In this document: in pieces, positions 55,003 through 64,000 of the stretch
Position numbering within the stretch: the first letter of the stretch is position 1
Layout: each line of letters starts with the position of its first letter
Virus record (IMG/VR): IMGVR_UViG_3300020049_016248
Reading direction: 5' to 3' (one strand)
DNA length: 64,000 nt
Source of the DNA: a virus
Lineage: Duplodnaviria; Heunggongvirae; Uroviricota; Caudoviricetes
Translations under genes and position numbers: made by a program
The notes under the pieces: generated by a model
What the model was told of the DNA's origin: nothing
The model's input: only the letters and a program-made list of their open reading frames with translations
Database searches by the model: none

Positions 55003-55776
55003 ATGTCAGCAGCAAACAACTTGCAAAAAACTCTAGAGCGTTTAGCACGCATGAACTCAGCAAACAAAACAACAACAACTACAACAAAATCAACAGTTAA
55101 GTACTTCAAAGCAAAACCTGGAAAGAACAACTTATTAGTATTACCAACACCGTTTGGTTCTAATGATCCGTTTTTAGAATGGGGAACACACAAAAATTTA
55201 TTAGATCAAGCTTGGAAAGATGTAGCATGTATTCAACACAACCGTGGAGAAGAATGTGTAATCTGTCAAGTTGTAGAAGATTTAAAAAAACAAGATTGGA
55301 AAGGTAATTACAATTTATGGAAACCTTTAGAATTAAAAATTCGTTATTATTCACCAGTTATTAACTTAGATGAGGTTGACGCAGGTGTACAATGGTGGGG
55401 TTATGGTAAATCAGTATTATCTCAATTTGAAAACTGGTTGTTAAACCTAGAAGAAGATGAAGCTCCTTTCTATTCAACAGAAAGACCAGAAAAAATTATC
55501 GTATCTTACAATGATCAAGCTGCCCCAACAGATATGTATAAGTTAGATAAAAAACTTATTGCTAAAGCATATTCAGCTTCTCAAAATGCTGAATGGGCAG
55601 AACAAATCAAACCTTTAAACGAAGTTATGACGTATGAAATGCCACAAGAGAAAGTCTTAGAAGCATTAGAAGGTTATTTAGATCGTAGAAAAGATGAATT
55701 AGACGCTACATCAGTAGACGAGGAAGACGAAAACAACGGTCCGTCAAATAAAAAACTTGACAGTCTAAAAAAATAA
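55003..55776 (+). CDS. T4 gp32-like single-stranded DNA-binding protein
   Basis: N-terminus LERLARMNSANK...KYFKAKPGKNNLLVLPTP resembles gp32 (LAAQMAKLNGNKGF...GQAVIRFLPS). Putative Zn site H..C....C..C in HNRGEECVICQ. Acidic C-terminus DEEDENNG. Confidence 0.55.
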   Translation: MSAANNLQKTLERLARMNSANKTTTTTTKSTVKYFKAKPGKNNLLVLPTPFGSNDPFLEWGTHKNLLDQAWKDVACIQHNRGEECVICQVVEDLKKQDWKGNYNLWKPLELKIRYYSPVINLDEVDAGVQWWGYGKSVLSQFENWLLNLEEDEAPFYSTERPEKIIVSYNDQAAPTDMYKLDKKLIAKAYSASQNAEWAEQIKPLNEVMTYEMPQEKVLEALEGYLDRRKDELDATSVDEEDENNGPSNKKLDSLKK

Positions 55777-55867
55777 TAAACAAATAAAAATAAAAAAGGG
55801 TTGAAATATACCCTTTTTATTTCTCAACTAGTTAATCAATAAGTTTAACATATAATCTCTTTGTCTA

Positions 55868-57094
55868 ATGGCGAAAAAAGAAAAAGAAGTATCAAAAGTC
55901 GATGATATTTTCTCACAATTAATTACAGAACAAAACAATTTATTTACTGGAGCTGCTGCTTCTGGTGCTGATATGTTTTCAGACGTTAAAATGTATATCT
56001 CAACAGGTTCAGCAATTTTCGACACTGTTATTTCTAATAAAGAAGTAGGTGGTTGGCCTTGTGGTAGAATCGTAGAAGTCTTCGGTGAAGAAGCAATAGG
56101 AAAATCAACTTTAGCTTTCCAAGCAATGGCTAATTGTCAAAAAATGGGAGGTATTCCTATTTACTTTGACGTTGAGCAAGCAGGTTCTAGAGAAATGATG
56201 AAAGCTTGTGGTGTTGATTTGAATCGTTTAATTATCTCTGGTTTAACTTCAATTGAAGAAGTATTCGGAGCAATGGAACAAAATCTAACTACAATTATCA
56301 ACAACAAAGCATATAAAGATAAACCAATCTTTATTGTTATCGATTCTTTAGCTCAAATGACTACAGATGCTGAAGTTGAAGCAGATTATGACAATAACAT
56401 GATGCTTAATACCCTTAAAGCTAAACAAATCGGTAAAGCTTTAAGAAAAATTTCTCCTTTCTTGAGAAAAGCAAATGCTTGTTTATATATTGTAAATCAA
56501 ACAAGATCTAAAATTGGTGTTATGTTTGGAGACCCTACTACTACAACTTCTGGTAAAGCTTTACCATTTGCAGCATCATTACGAATTAAATTGTTAGGAA
56601 AATCTCCAGTAGTTATTCCAGACCCTTTTGTTGAACAAGAGTGGGAGAAAATGTTGAAGCAATACGAATTTGAAGTTAAAGAGTGGCAAGATAGAGGTAA
56701 ATTAGGTTCTAAACCTGAAAAACCTAAAAAACCAAAAGGTGATGAGGTAATCATTGGTTATCAAGTAACTGCAAGAACAGAAAAGAATAAAATCGGACCT
56801 CCAAAAAGAGAAGCTGAATTTACAATTATTTTCTCACAAGGAATCATGGAAGAAGATGCATGGTTAGATTATGGTGTTAAGTATAACGTTATCAGACAAC
56901 TTTCTTCTACTGAATTTGAATTCATCAATCATCCAGAAGTGGGTAAATTTAAACGTAAAGAGTTTAAAGGTATTTTAGCTGATGTTGAATTGCATGATGA
57001 AATTAAAAAAGAATTAGTTTCTAAGTTAGTAAGAGCTCCTCTTGCTACTGAAATCAATGACGAAGAAGAAGAGGAAGAATTAACTGAAAACTAA
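55868..57094 (+). CDS. uvsX: UvsX/RecA-family recombinase
   Basis: Walker A GEEAIGKST (RecA GPESSGKTT), IVIDSLAQM (RecA IVVDSVAAL), acidic C-terminal tail. Confidence 0.8.
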   Translation: MAKKEKEVSKVDDIFSQLITEQNNLFTGAAASGADMFSDVKMYISTGSAIFDTVISNKEVGGWPCGRIVEVFGEEAIGKSTLAFQAMANCQKMGGIPIYFDVEQAGSREMMKACGVDLNRLIISGLTSIEEVFGAMEQNLTTIINNKAYKDKPIFIVIDSLAQMTTDAEVEADYDNNMMLNTLKAKQIGKALRKISPFLRKANACLYIVNQTRSKIGVMFGDPTTTTSGKALPFAASLRIKLLGKSPVVIPDPFVEQEWEKMLKQYEFEVKEWQDRGKLGSKPEKPKKPKGDEVIIGYQVTARTEKNKIGPPKREAEFTIIFSQGIMEEDAWLDYGVKYNVIRQLSSTEFEFINHPEVGKFKRKEFKGILADVELHDEIKKELVSKLVRAPLATEINDEEEEEELTEN

Positions 57095-57184
57095 AACTTA
57101 TGGAAAATAAAGACTACAAAGTACTTTATATAGATGCTTTTAATCTCTAACTTTTACTAATTTTCTTATATTTACTATAAAGTA

Positions 57185-58159
57185 ATGGGGAAAATTACAA
57201 CAGAAGAGTATATTAAACGTTCAAAGGAAATTCATGGAAACAAATATAACTACTCAAAAACAGTTTACAAAAACCAAAAAACAAAAGTGATAATAATATG
57301 CCCGTTACACGGGGAATATTTACAGTGGCCTCAAAGTCATTGGCACAATGGTGGTTGTAAAAAATGTGGCAGTTTAACTAGTGGGGTAAGTCGAACAGGT
57401 CGTGGTCGCGGAGTAACAACTGAAAGTTTTATAAAAAAAGCTAACAAAACACACAACAATAAATACGACTATTCAAAAACTATATATAAAACTGTACATG
57501 ATAAAATCACTATTACTTGCCTAGAACACGGTGAATTTATACAAGCTCCTTCTAGACATTTATATGGAAGATCTGGTTGTAGTAAATGTGGAAACAAAAG
57601 AAAAGGTAAACTAGGACAAGGTCAAACTACAGAAGAGTTTGTAAAACTATTAAAAGAAAAGTATAAAGATAGATATGACTATTCAAAAACTATTTACACA
57701 GGATTAAGTAAAGATGATAAAATCACTATTATTTGCCCAGAACACGGGGAGTTTATACAACGAACAACTAATCATTTTTACTCTGGTGCTGGTTGTCCAA
57801 GGTGTAAAAGTTCTATCGGGGAGAGATTAGTTGAAGATTATTTAAAAAAAAATAATATAAATTACTTATCAGAATATAGTTTTAAAGATTGTAAATATAA
57901 AAGACAACTACGTTTTGATTTTTATTTACCTGATTATAATATATGTATTGAATTTGACGGAGCACAACATTCAAACTCAAAAACCTATATGAATGGTGAA
58001 CAATTAAAAGGACAAGATTTTAAAACTTTAAAAAAACGAGATAGGATTAAAAACAAATATTGTAAAAAAAACAACATTAAACTGATTAGAATACCGTTTA
58101 CAAAAATGAAAAACATACAAACAATTTTAAATAAAAAAATACATGGAACCGACATATAG
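57185..58159 (+). CDS. putative homing endonuclease: three tandem Cys/His zinc-module repeats plus a C-terminal PD-(D/E)xK (Vsr/DUF559-like) nuclease motif
   Basis: Three ~50-aa repeats (YNYSKTVYK...IICPLHGEY, YDYSKTIYK...ITCLEHGEF, YDYSKTIYT...IICPEHGEF), then RFDFYLPDYNICIEFDGAQH. Confidence 0.5.
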   Translation: MGKITTEEYIKRSKEIHGNKYNYSKTVYKNQKTKVIIICPLHGEYLQWPQSHWHNGGCKKCGSLTSGVSRTGRGRGVTTESFIKKANKTHNNKYDYSKTIYKTVHDKITITCLEHGEFIQAPSRHLYGRSGCSKCGNKRKGKLGQGQTTEEFVKLLKEKYKDRYDYSKTIYTGLSKDDKITIICPEHGEFIQRTTNHFYSGAGCPRCKSSIGERLVEDYLKKNNINYLSEYSFKDCKYKRQLRFDFYLPDYNICIEFDGAQHSNSKTYMNGEQLKGQDFKTLKKRDRIKNKYCKKNNIKLIRIPFTKMKNIQTILNKKIHGTDI

Positions 58160-59126
58160 GGTATTATACATTGACGCTTTCAACCTGTTTTATCGTATGT
58201 TCTCTGCTTTTGATGCAAGTGATTCAAACGGAGAACCAGTAGGTGGTTTTGTCGGCTCTGTTGTAAACATACAAAAACTTATTGAAAAATTTAAAGTTCA
58301 AGAAGTAATTGTATGTTTTGACGGACCTGATGCAGGGATGAGAAGAAGAAGTGTATATAAAGAATATAAAGGAAAAAGAGGTAGAAAGAAACGCTTTTCT
58401 GTTGTTAAAATTGGTGATGATAAAGAACTAGTAGACAATGAACAGGAACAATTAAGACTATTATATAGCTTCTTAAAACATTTACCTATAAAAGTAGTTG
58501 TTATCCCTTATTATGAAGCTGATGATGTTATTGGGTATCTTGTTAGTAAAAATCAACAATATACAAACATTATTGTTTCAGCAGATAAAGATTATTTACA
58601 ATTAGTTAACAGTAAAACTTTCGTATGGTCCCCTCAAAAGAAAATTTTGTATACACCAGAAGTTTTAACAGCAGAATGGAAAACAGCTCCAGAAAACATA
58701 ACTTATGTAAGAGCTTTAGTTGGAGATACTTCTGATAAATTATCAGGTGTAAAAGGTATAGGGCAAGATACAGTTTTTAAACTTTTACCTCAACTTCACA
58801 CAGAGATTTATGAAAGTTTTGATCAATTTTGGGGTCAAGTTGAAAACTTAGAAGAAGGTAAATCAAAAACAATTAAGAGTTTAAAAGAGAATAAAGAACA
58901 AGCTAAAACAATGTATAAGTTAATGAAACTTGACTATACTTGTTTAAATCAAAAAGCTATTGAAATGTTAGACGTTCAGTTAACTGAACAAGAAAACAAA
59001 GATTTCTCTAAAGTATCTTTTAAACTATTTTGTGTAAAACAAAAACTAGAATCTTATATTAAGAATTTTGATTTATGGATTCGTCCTTTTCTTTTCTTAA
59101 AAAAAGATGTTAAATTAAAAGTATAA
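58143..59126 (+). CDS. rnh: 5'-3' exonuclease / flap endonuclease (T4 RNase H-like)
   Basis: VLYIDAFNLFYRMF, VCFDGPDAGMRRRSVYKEYKGKR and IPYYEADDVIGYL match FEN/Pol I 5'-nuclease motifs. Confidence 0.75.
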   Translation: MEPTYRVLYIDAFNLFYRMFSAFDASDSNGEPVGGFVGSVVNIQKLIEKFKVQEVIVCFDGPDAGMRRRSVYKEYKGKRGRKKRFSVVKIGDDKELVDNEQEQLRLLYSFLKHLPIKVVVIPYYEADDVIGYLVSKNQQYTNIIVSADKDYLQLVNSKTFVWSPQKKILYTPEVLTAEWKTAPENITYVRALVGDTSDKLSGVKGIGQDTVFKLLPQLHTEIYESFDQFWGQVENLEEGKSKTIKSLKENKEQAKTMYKLMKLDYTCLNQKAIEMLDVQLTEQENKDFSKVSFKLFCVKQKLESYIKNFDLWIRPFLFLKKDVKLKV

Positions 59127-59130
59127 CAAA

Positions 59131-60522
59131 ATGACAAGTGTATTAGAACAAAATATAACAGATGCGTTAGCTAAAGATTTTAGTAAATTCGGTCAAAAGT
59201 TTCAATTAGCTACATTGTCCCTTTTTATACAAGATAGAGTGTTTGCTAATAAAATTAAAAGTATCATTAAACCAGAATATTTTGATAATGTGTATTGTCA
59301 AAGATTATGTGAAATAACTTTAAACTTTATTAACACTTTTCATACACAACCCGACTTTGATACTTTAAAAACTATTATTGAGACTGATGAAACCTTAACA
59401 AGCACAAAACTTTACTTGTTAACTTTAGAAAACATTAAAAATGTAGAATTGTCCAAGAAAGATTTTGTTGGACAGGAAGTGGAAAAGTTTTGTTTTACTA
59501 GATTTGCTTTAACTAAACTAGAAGAAGAAAAAAACAATATTCTTTTAGGTAAGTTTGAAATTGCTAGAGAAACAGGTATGAGTAAGTACAAGGTTGTAAA
59601 TCATCAAGTTAAAGAGTATACTTTAAAACAAGATTTTACAACTATCTTAGACAATAAAAACTATAAACCTGTTGCAACAAATTTACCTTCAGTAAATCTA
59701 GTAACGCAAGGTGGACCAGGTGGAGGTAATTTATGTGTTATAGTAGCTCAAAGTAATTTTGGTAAGTCTAATGCTTTAGTTGCATTAGCTAGACAAGTAG
59801 CTTTAGATGGAAAGAAAGCATTATATATCAGTTTAGAAACTGACGGGATACAATTAATACAAAGAGCTTTAGCTGGATTAACAAACTTAACACAAGAAAC
59901 ATTAAAAGAGCACCCTGGATTGATTACTCAAAAAGTAAAAGATGTTAAAGGTGATATTAAATTCATAGAATTAAAAGCAACGCAAGCTTTTATGGATAAG
60001 ATAGCTATGCAAATAGATCAAGTTAAAGGTCAAGGTTTCTTTCCAGATTTAATTATGATAGATGGTTTAAATCAAGTAAAACCATCTCAAGGAATGAGAT
60101 TTTCAAACTCTAATGATAAATTTGAATATATAGCTGAAGAAATGAGAGATTTAGCTAAAGAGTTAGATTTACCAATTTATACTTGTTTTCAAAGTAATAG
60201 AGGTGGTTTTAATACAGAAATGGCTGATGAACAAAATATTGGAAAGGCAATTGAAGTTTATCAAGTTTGTGATTTCATGTTAATGTTTACTCAATCTATT
60301 CCACAACAAGAAACAAGTGAATGTCATGTTCAAGTTTTAAAAAATAGATTAGGACCTAAAGGTTTGACGTTAAAATTACAATATGATCCAAACAAATGTG
60401 TATTTACAGAAGTTGAAACAGTTCAAAGATCTTTATTATATGATAGAAAACTAAGAACTGAAATCACAAAAGGTTTAGATACTATGCAAGATAGAATTGA
60501 TAAAGCAAAAGGTAAAAGATAA
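59131..60522 (+). CDS. DnaB-family replicative DNA helicase (T4 gp41-like)
   Basis: Walker A VAQSNFGKSNALVAL, YISLETD (SLEM), Walker B LIMIDGLNQ, arginine-finger region. Confidence 0.75.
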   Translation: MTSVLEQNITDALAKDFSKFGQKFQLATLSLFIQDRVFANKIKSIIKPEYFDNVYCQRLCEITLNFINTFHTQPDFDTLKTIIETDETLTSTKLYLLTLENIKNVELSKKDFVGQEVEKFCFTRFALTKLEEEKNNILLGKFEIARETGMSKYKVVNHQVKEYTLKQDFTTILDNKNYKPVATNLPSVNLVTQGGPGGGNLCVIVAQSNFGKSNALVALARQVALDGKKALYISLETDGIQLIQRALAGLTNLTQETLKEHPGLITQKVKDVKGDIKFIELKATQAFMDKIAMQIDQVKGQGFFPDLIMIDGLNQVKPSQGMRFSNSNDKFEYIAEEMRDLAKELDLPIYTCFQSNRGGFNTEMADEQNIGKAIEVYQVCDFMLMFTQSIPQQETSECHVQVLKNRLGPKGLTLKLQYDPNKCVFTEVETVQRSLLYDRKLRTEITKGLDTMQDRIDKAKGKR

Positions 60523-60700
60523 AAAAATAAACTTTTTTATATATATGATTTTTTATCAATTCTCCCCATAAAAAGTTTGTAAAAATAAAACTTTTTTGTT
60601 TCTTTTTTCTTACAAAAAATGTATTTAATTTTACAGAAATTATTTCTACTTAAGCTTATTTTCAAGCTTAATTTTATTAACTAAAATATTATCAAAAAAA

Positions 60701-62977
60701 ATGAACGAGGCGCAAAACAGTGCAGGAGAATCTACCCCTCAAGGTCAAGGGAAACAAATTGCAAGTGGATCTAAAGTATTATCAGATTTGAAATTTTATA
60801 ACGGTTATTCACGTTATAACCCATTCTTAGAAAGAAAAGAAACATGGGAAGAGAGTGTAATGCGTGTAATGGATATGCATAAGTATAATCCAAAGTTTAA
60901 AAACGCATTTAAAAACGAAGAGTTTAAAGAATTATTTAACTATGCAACAGAAGCATATAAAGAAAAGTTAGTATTAGCATCTCAAAGAACTTTACAATTT
61001 GGTGGTGATTCAATTATGAAGCATAATGCAAGATTGTATAACTGTTTAACTTCTTATTGTGATAGAACAGAGTTTTTTCAAGAATGTTTATATTGGTTAT
61101 TATGCGGCTGTGGTGTAGGTTTTTCAGTTCAAACTAAACATATAAGCAAATTGCCTTCTGTAGCTAAAAGAACAAAAGGTACAAAAACATTTACAATCCC
61201 TGACTCAATGGAAGGTTGGGCTGATGCTATTGGGGTATTAATGTCTTCTTATTTTGTTACTGATTCTACATTTCCTGAATTTCAAGGTTATGAAATTAAA
61301 TTTGATTATAGTCAAATTAGACCAGAAGGTGCATTAATTAGTGGTGGGTTTAAAGCACCAGGACCAGAAGGTTTAAGAAAAAGTTTAATTAAAATTGAAG
61401 AATTATTAGAGAAATCATTAATAGAAAACGGTAATCGTTTAAAACCTATTATAGCTTATGATATTGTGATGCATTTGTCAGATGCAGTATTATCTGGTGG
61501 AGTAAGACGCTCTGCTACAATTTGTTTATTTTCACCAGAAGATAAAGAAATGTTAAATGCTAAAACAGGAAATTGGTTTTACAATAATCCTCAAAGAGCA
61601 CGTTCAAATAATTCAGTTCTTTTACTTAAAGATAAAACAACAAGAGAACAATTTGCTGATATTATGAATTCTGTTAAGTCTTTTGGCGAACCAGGTTTCA
61701 TTTTTTCAGACAGTGAAGATATCATTTACAACCCTTGTGTGGAAATTGGAATGAGACCACAAACAGAAGATGGAAGATCTGGTTGGCAAGGTTGTAATTT
61801 GACAGAAATCAATGGTTCTCAATGTGTTTCTAAAGAAGCATTTTTAAGAGCTTGTAAAGCAAGTGCAATTATAGGAACTTTACAAGCTGCTTATACAGAT
61901 TTTAAATATGTTAATTCAGTAGCTAAGGAAATCTTTGATAGAGAAGCTTTATTAGGTTGTTCAATCACTGGTTTTGCTAATAACCCTAAAATTTTATTCG
62001 ATGGGGAGATTTTAAAAGAAGGTGCTGAGTTAATTAAAGCTGTTAATAAACAAGTAGCTGATATTATTGGAATTAGACAAGCAGCAAGAACAACTTGCGT
62101 TAAACCTTCTGGTAACGCTTCAGTTTTATTAGAAACTGCTTCTGGTATTCACGGAGAACATTCTGAAATGTACTTCAGAATTATGCAAATGAATAAAAAC
62201 GATGAAGTTGCTAAACATATTGCAGCTGAGTTTCCAGAATTAATTGAAGAATCTGTATGGTCAGCAACGAAAAGTGACTATGCAGTTTATATTCCTATCA
62301 AAACAAAAAAAGGATCATTATATAAAGAACAATTACTAGGAGTAAAACAATTAGAATATGTTAGATTAGTTCAACAAACATGGGTAGAATTTGGAACTAA
62401 TACAGATTTGTGTATTGACCCGAAAACAAGACATAATGTATCTAACACTATTCAAGTAGATAACTGGGATGAGGTAGAAGAGTATATTTATGAAAATAGA
62501 AAATTCTTTGCTGGTATTAGTTTATTACCTTATAGTGGTGATAAGATTTATTCTCAAGCTCCTTTCACAGCTGTTCTCAAACCAGAGCAAATTTTAGAAA
62601 AATATGGTCAAGCTTGTTTATTTGCTTCAGGGTTAATCGTTGACGCTTTACATTGTTTTGAAGATAATTTATGGACAGCATGTGATCATGCATTGCGTAG
62701 AGATTTACCTTTAGATGGTACAAGAACTCAAGTTCTTTTAAAGAAAGATTGGGTTAGAAGAGCAAAGCAATTTGCAAAACGTTATTTTAAAAATAACTTA
62801 GAAGAAATGACTTTCTGTTTAAAAGATATTCACTTGTATCACAAATGGTTAGAAGTATCTAGAGCAATTAAAGGTTTAGACATTACTCAAGTAGATTTAA
62901 AACCAGAATTTACAGCAATCGATACTTTAGGTGCTATTGCTTGTAGTGGAGCAGGTTGCGAAGTTGTATCTATTTAA
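60701..62977 (+). CDS. nrdJ: ribonucleotide reductase catalytic subunit, most consistent with class II (adenosylcobalamin-dependent, NrdJ-like)
   Basis: Active-site loop IYNPCVEIGM (NPCxE), GEPGFIFSD, C-terminal Cys pair CSGAGCEVVSI. No ATP-cone and no R2 gene visible in the window. Class assignment is an inference. Confidence 0.6.
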   Translation: MNEAQNSAGESTPQGQGKQIASGSKVLSDLKFYNGYSRYNPFLERKETWEESVMRVMDMHKYNPKFKNAFKNEEFKELFNYATEAYKEKLVLASQRTLQFGGDSIMKHNARLYNCLTSYCDRTEFFQECLYWLLCGCGVGFSVQTKHISKLPSVAKRTKGTKTFTIPDSMEGWADAIGVLMSSYFVTDSTFPEFQGYEIKFDYSQIRPEGALISGGFKAPGPEGLRKSLIKIEELLEKSLIENGNRLKPIIAYDIVMHLSDAVLSGGVRRSATICLFSPEDKEMLNAKTGNWFYNNPQRARSNNSVLLLKDKTTREQFADIMNSVKSFGEPGFIFSDSEDIIYNPCVEIGMRPQTEDGRSGWQGCNLTEINGSQCVSKEAFLRACKASAIIGTLQAAYTDFKYVNSVAKEIFDREALLGCSITGFANNPKILFDGEILKEGAELIKAVNKQVADIIGIRQAARTTCVKPSGNASVLLETASGIHGEHSEMYFRIMQMNKNDEVAKHIAAEFPELIEESVWSATKSDYAVYIPIKTKKGSLYKEQLLGVKQLEYVRLVQQTWVEFGTNTDLCIDPKTRHNVSNTIQVDNWDEVEEYIYENRKFFAGISLLPYSGDKIYSQAPFTAVLKPEQILEKYGQACLFASGLIVDALHCFEDNLWTACDHALRRDLPLDGTRTQVLLKKDWVRRAKQFAKRYFKNNLEEMTFCLKDIHLYHKWLEVSRAIKGLDITQVDLKPEFTAIDTLGAIACSGAGCEVVSI

Positions 62978-63052
62978 TACTTACTTAATTTTAATTAAAG
63001 AGGTTCTACTAAAAATAGAACCTCTTTTTGTATATTTAATATTAAACATTTA

Positions 63053-63853
63053 ATGATAGAAAATAACTTTTTCCCTTTACTTTTTGCGATATCACCTGTA
63101 GTTTTATATTGCATACTTATTTATGTTTTCATTCCTAAAGAAATGGTTTGTTTAAACAGAGCTAAGAGATACTTAATTTACGGTTCACTATCACCTTTTT
63201 TAGTGTTCTTATTTCACTTTTTATTCCCATCGTGGTCTACTTTAAGTGATAGATCACTCATCCCTATGTTTACCTATGCTGTAATTCAAATTGGATTATT
63301 AGAAGAAATAGTTAAATTTGTAACGTTTAAATATGTTAATACACAAAGAAAAAACTTAAAACAAGATTTACCTATTGCAACTATGTTTTATTATATGACT
63401 GTTTCTGCTGGGTTTGCTCTAACAGAAAATATTATATATCTAATGAACTATGGAAATATAGTTTTACTACCAAGAGCAACAAGTGCTATCGTTTTACATT
63501 TAATTTGCGGTGTGTTTGCTGGCTATTTTATTTCTAAAGCTTATAGTTTGAAAGACCCATATTTAAACCCACAAGGACAATTTGAAAAGCTTGTAAATGA
63601 TTATATTATAATAGGTAAATATTTTTATTATATTTTAGGTATATTTTTTGCGACTGCATTACATGGTATTTATGATTATAACTTGTCAATACCAGAAATA
63701 CTACCTTATACAACTTTACTTAAAAATATTACTTTAATCTCTGGATTAATTATAGGTTACTTCATAATAAGAGAATTAATTCAATTAAGTAGAGAACATA
63801 GAAAAAATTATTTTAATGGAACCTCTTCAAAAGAAATATCCTCAAAAAATTAA
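63053..63853 (+). CDS. PrsW-family intramembrane metalloprotease-like membrane protein
   Basis: Multi-TM protein with LEEIVKF (EExxK), FALTENIIY (FxxxE) and HGIYDYN (HxxxD/N) in the canonical order. Confidence 0.55.
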   Translation: MIENNFFPLLFAISPVVLYCILIYVFIPKEMVCLNRAKRYLIYGSLSPFLVFLFHFLFPSWSTLSDRSLIPMFTYAVIQIGLLEEIVKFVTFKYVNTQRKNLKQDLPIATMFYYMTVSAGFALTENIIYLMNYGNIVLLPRATSAIVLHLICGVFAGYFISKAYSLKDPYLNPQGQFEKLVNDYIIIGKYFYYILGIFFATALHGIYDYNLSIPEILPYTTLLKNITLISGLIIGYFIIRELIQLSREHRKNYFNGTSSKEISSKN

Positions 63854-64000
63854 CATTTACAATTTAAAGTATTTTTTTAACTTTAAACCTATACCTGTAA
63901 GTCAAATCTTACCTGGAATGTTAATTCAATTTAATTATCGTTCCCCTGAAGGTGTTCACGATGTTAAACCTTTGATTTACGTTTTAGAAGTTGAACAAGA

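Noticed and set aside
60701-62977. Assigning the RNR to class I because of the E. coli NrdA-like C-terminal Cys pair
   Set aside because: There is no ATP-cone and no adjacent R2 gene. A GEPGF motif and cobS/cobT in the genome favour class II. Class is left as probable only.

Overview
This window reads as a contiguous piece of a large, AT-rich dsDNA phage genome. It is most likely a jumbo or T4-like virulent phage of a Bacteroidetes/Flavobacteriia host. That inference rests on repeated promoter-like motifs resembling the Bacteroidetes -7 element, weak Shine-Dalgarno signals and low GC. Nearly all genes are on the + strand and tightly packed.

Gene content by region:
- **Replication and nucleotide metabolism:** the 3' part of a DnaE-type polymerase; a truncated family-A polymerase; a CobS/CobT AAA+/vWA pair; a QueC homolog; gp32-like SSB; UvsX/RecA; a T4 RNaseH/FEN-like nuclease; two DnaB-like ATPases; and a ribonucleotide reductase, probably B12-dependent class II.
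- **Endonucleases:** three free-standing HNH/PD-(D/E)xK homing-endonuclease-like genes.
- **Minus-strand island (2761-6869):** a LysM protein, a 949-aa protein with an LD-transpeptidase-like N-terminus, and a GH19 lysozyme-like enzyme.
- **tRNAs:** a cluster with Phe, Arg, Tyr, Asn, Gly and Lys genes, two irregular tRNA-like genes and one tRNA 3' fragment.
- **Structural module (39.8-53 kb):** giant fibre-like proteins with repeated GNTAANGEW modules and a tail-collar-domain protein.
- **Other:** several paralogous small-gene families.

The most unusual feature lies at about 19.0-22.4 kb. It is an array of about nine small unrelated ORFs. Each is separated from the next by an 80-100 bp imperfect-palindrome element that begins RYYYAAC-GG and ends CTTGTTAGGC-like. 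In sequence and architecture this matches integron attC sites, with inverse-core and core sites, variable stems showing compensatory changes, and extrahelical bases. The array is closed by a 271-aa Xer-like tyrosine recombinase gene. That recombinase lacks the ~20-aa insertion typical of IntI, so an integron-like cassette array is a hypothesis, not a demonstrated system; a modular intergenic regulatory hairpin family would explain the same repeats.

A second repeat class is the bipartite motif GTTTAC-N11-TATCTTTAG. It occurs six or seven times about 25-45 nt upstream of start codons, often just after hairpin terminators, and looks like a phage promoter family. No CRISPR array and no rRNA were seen.
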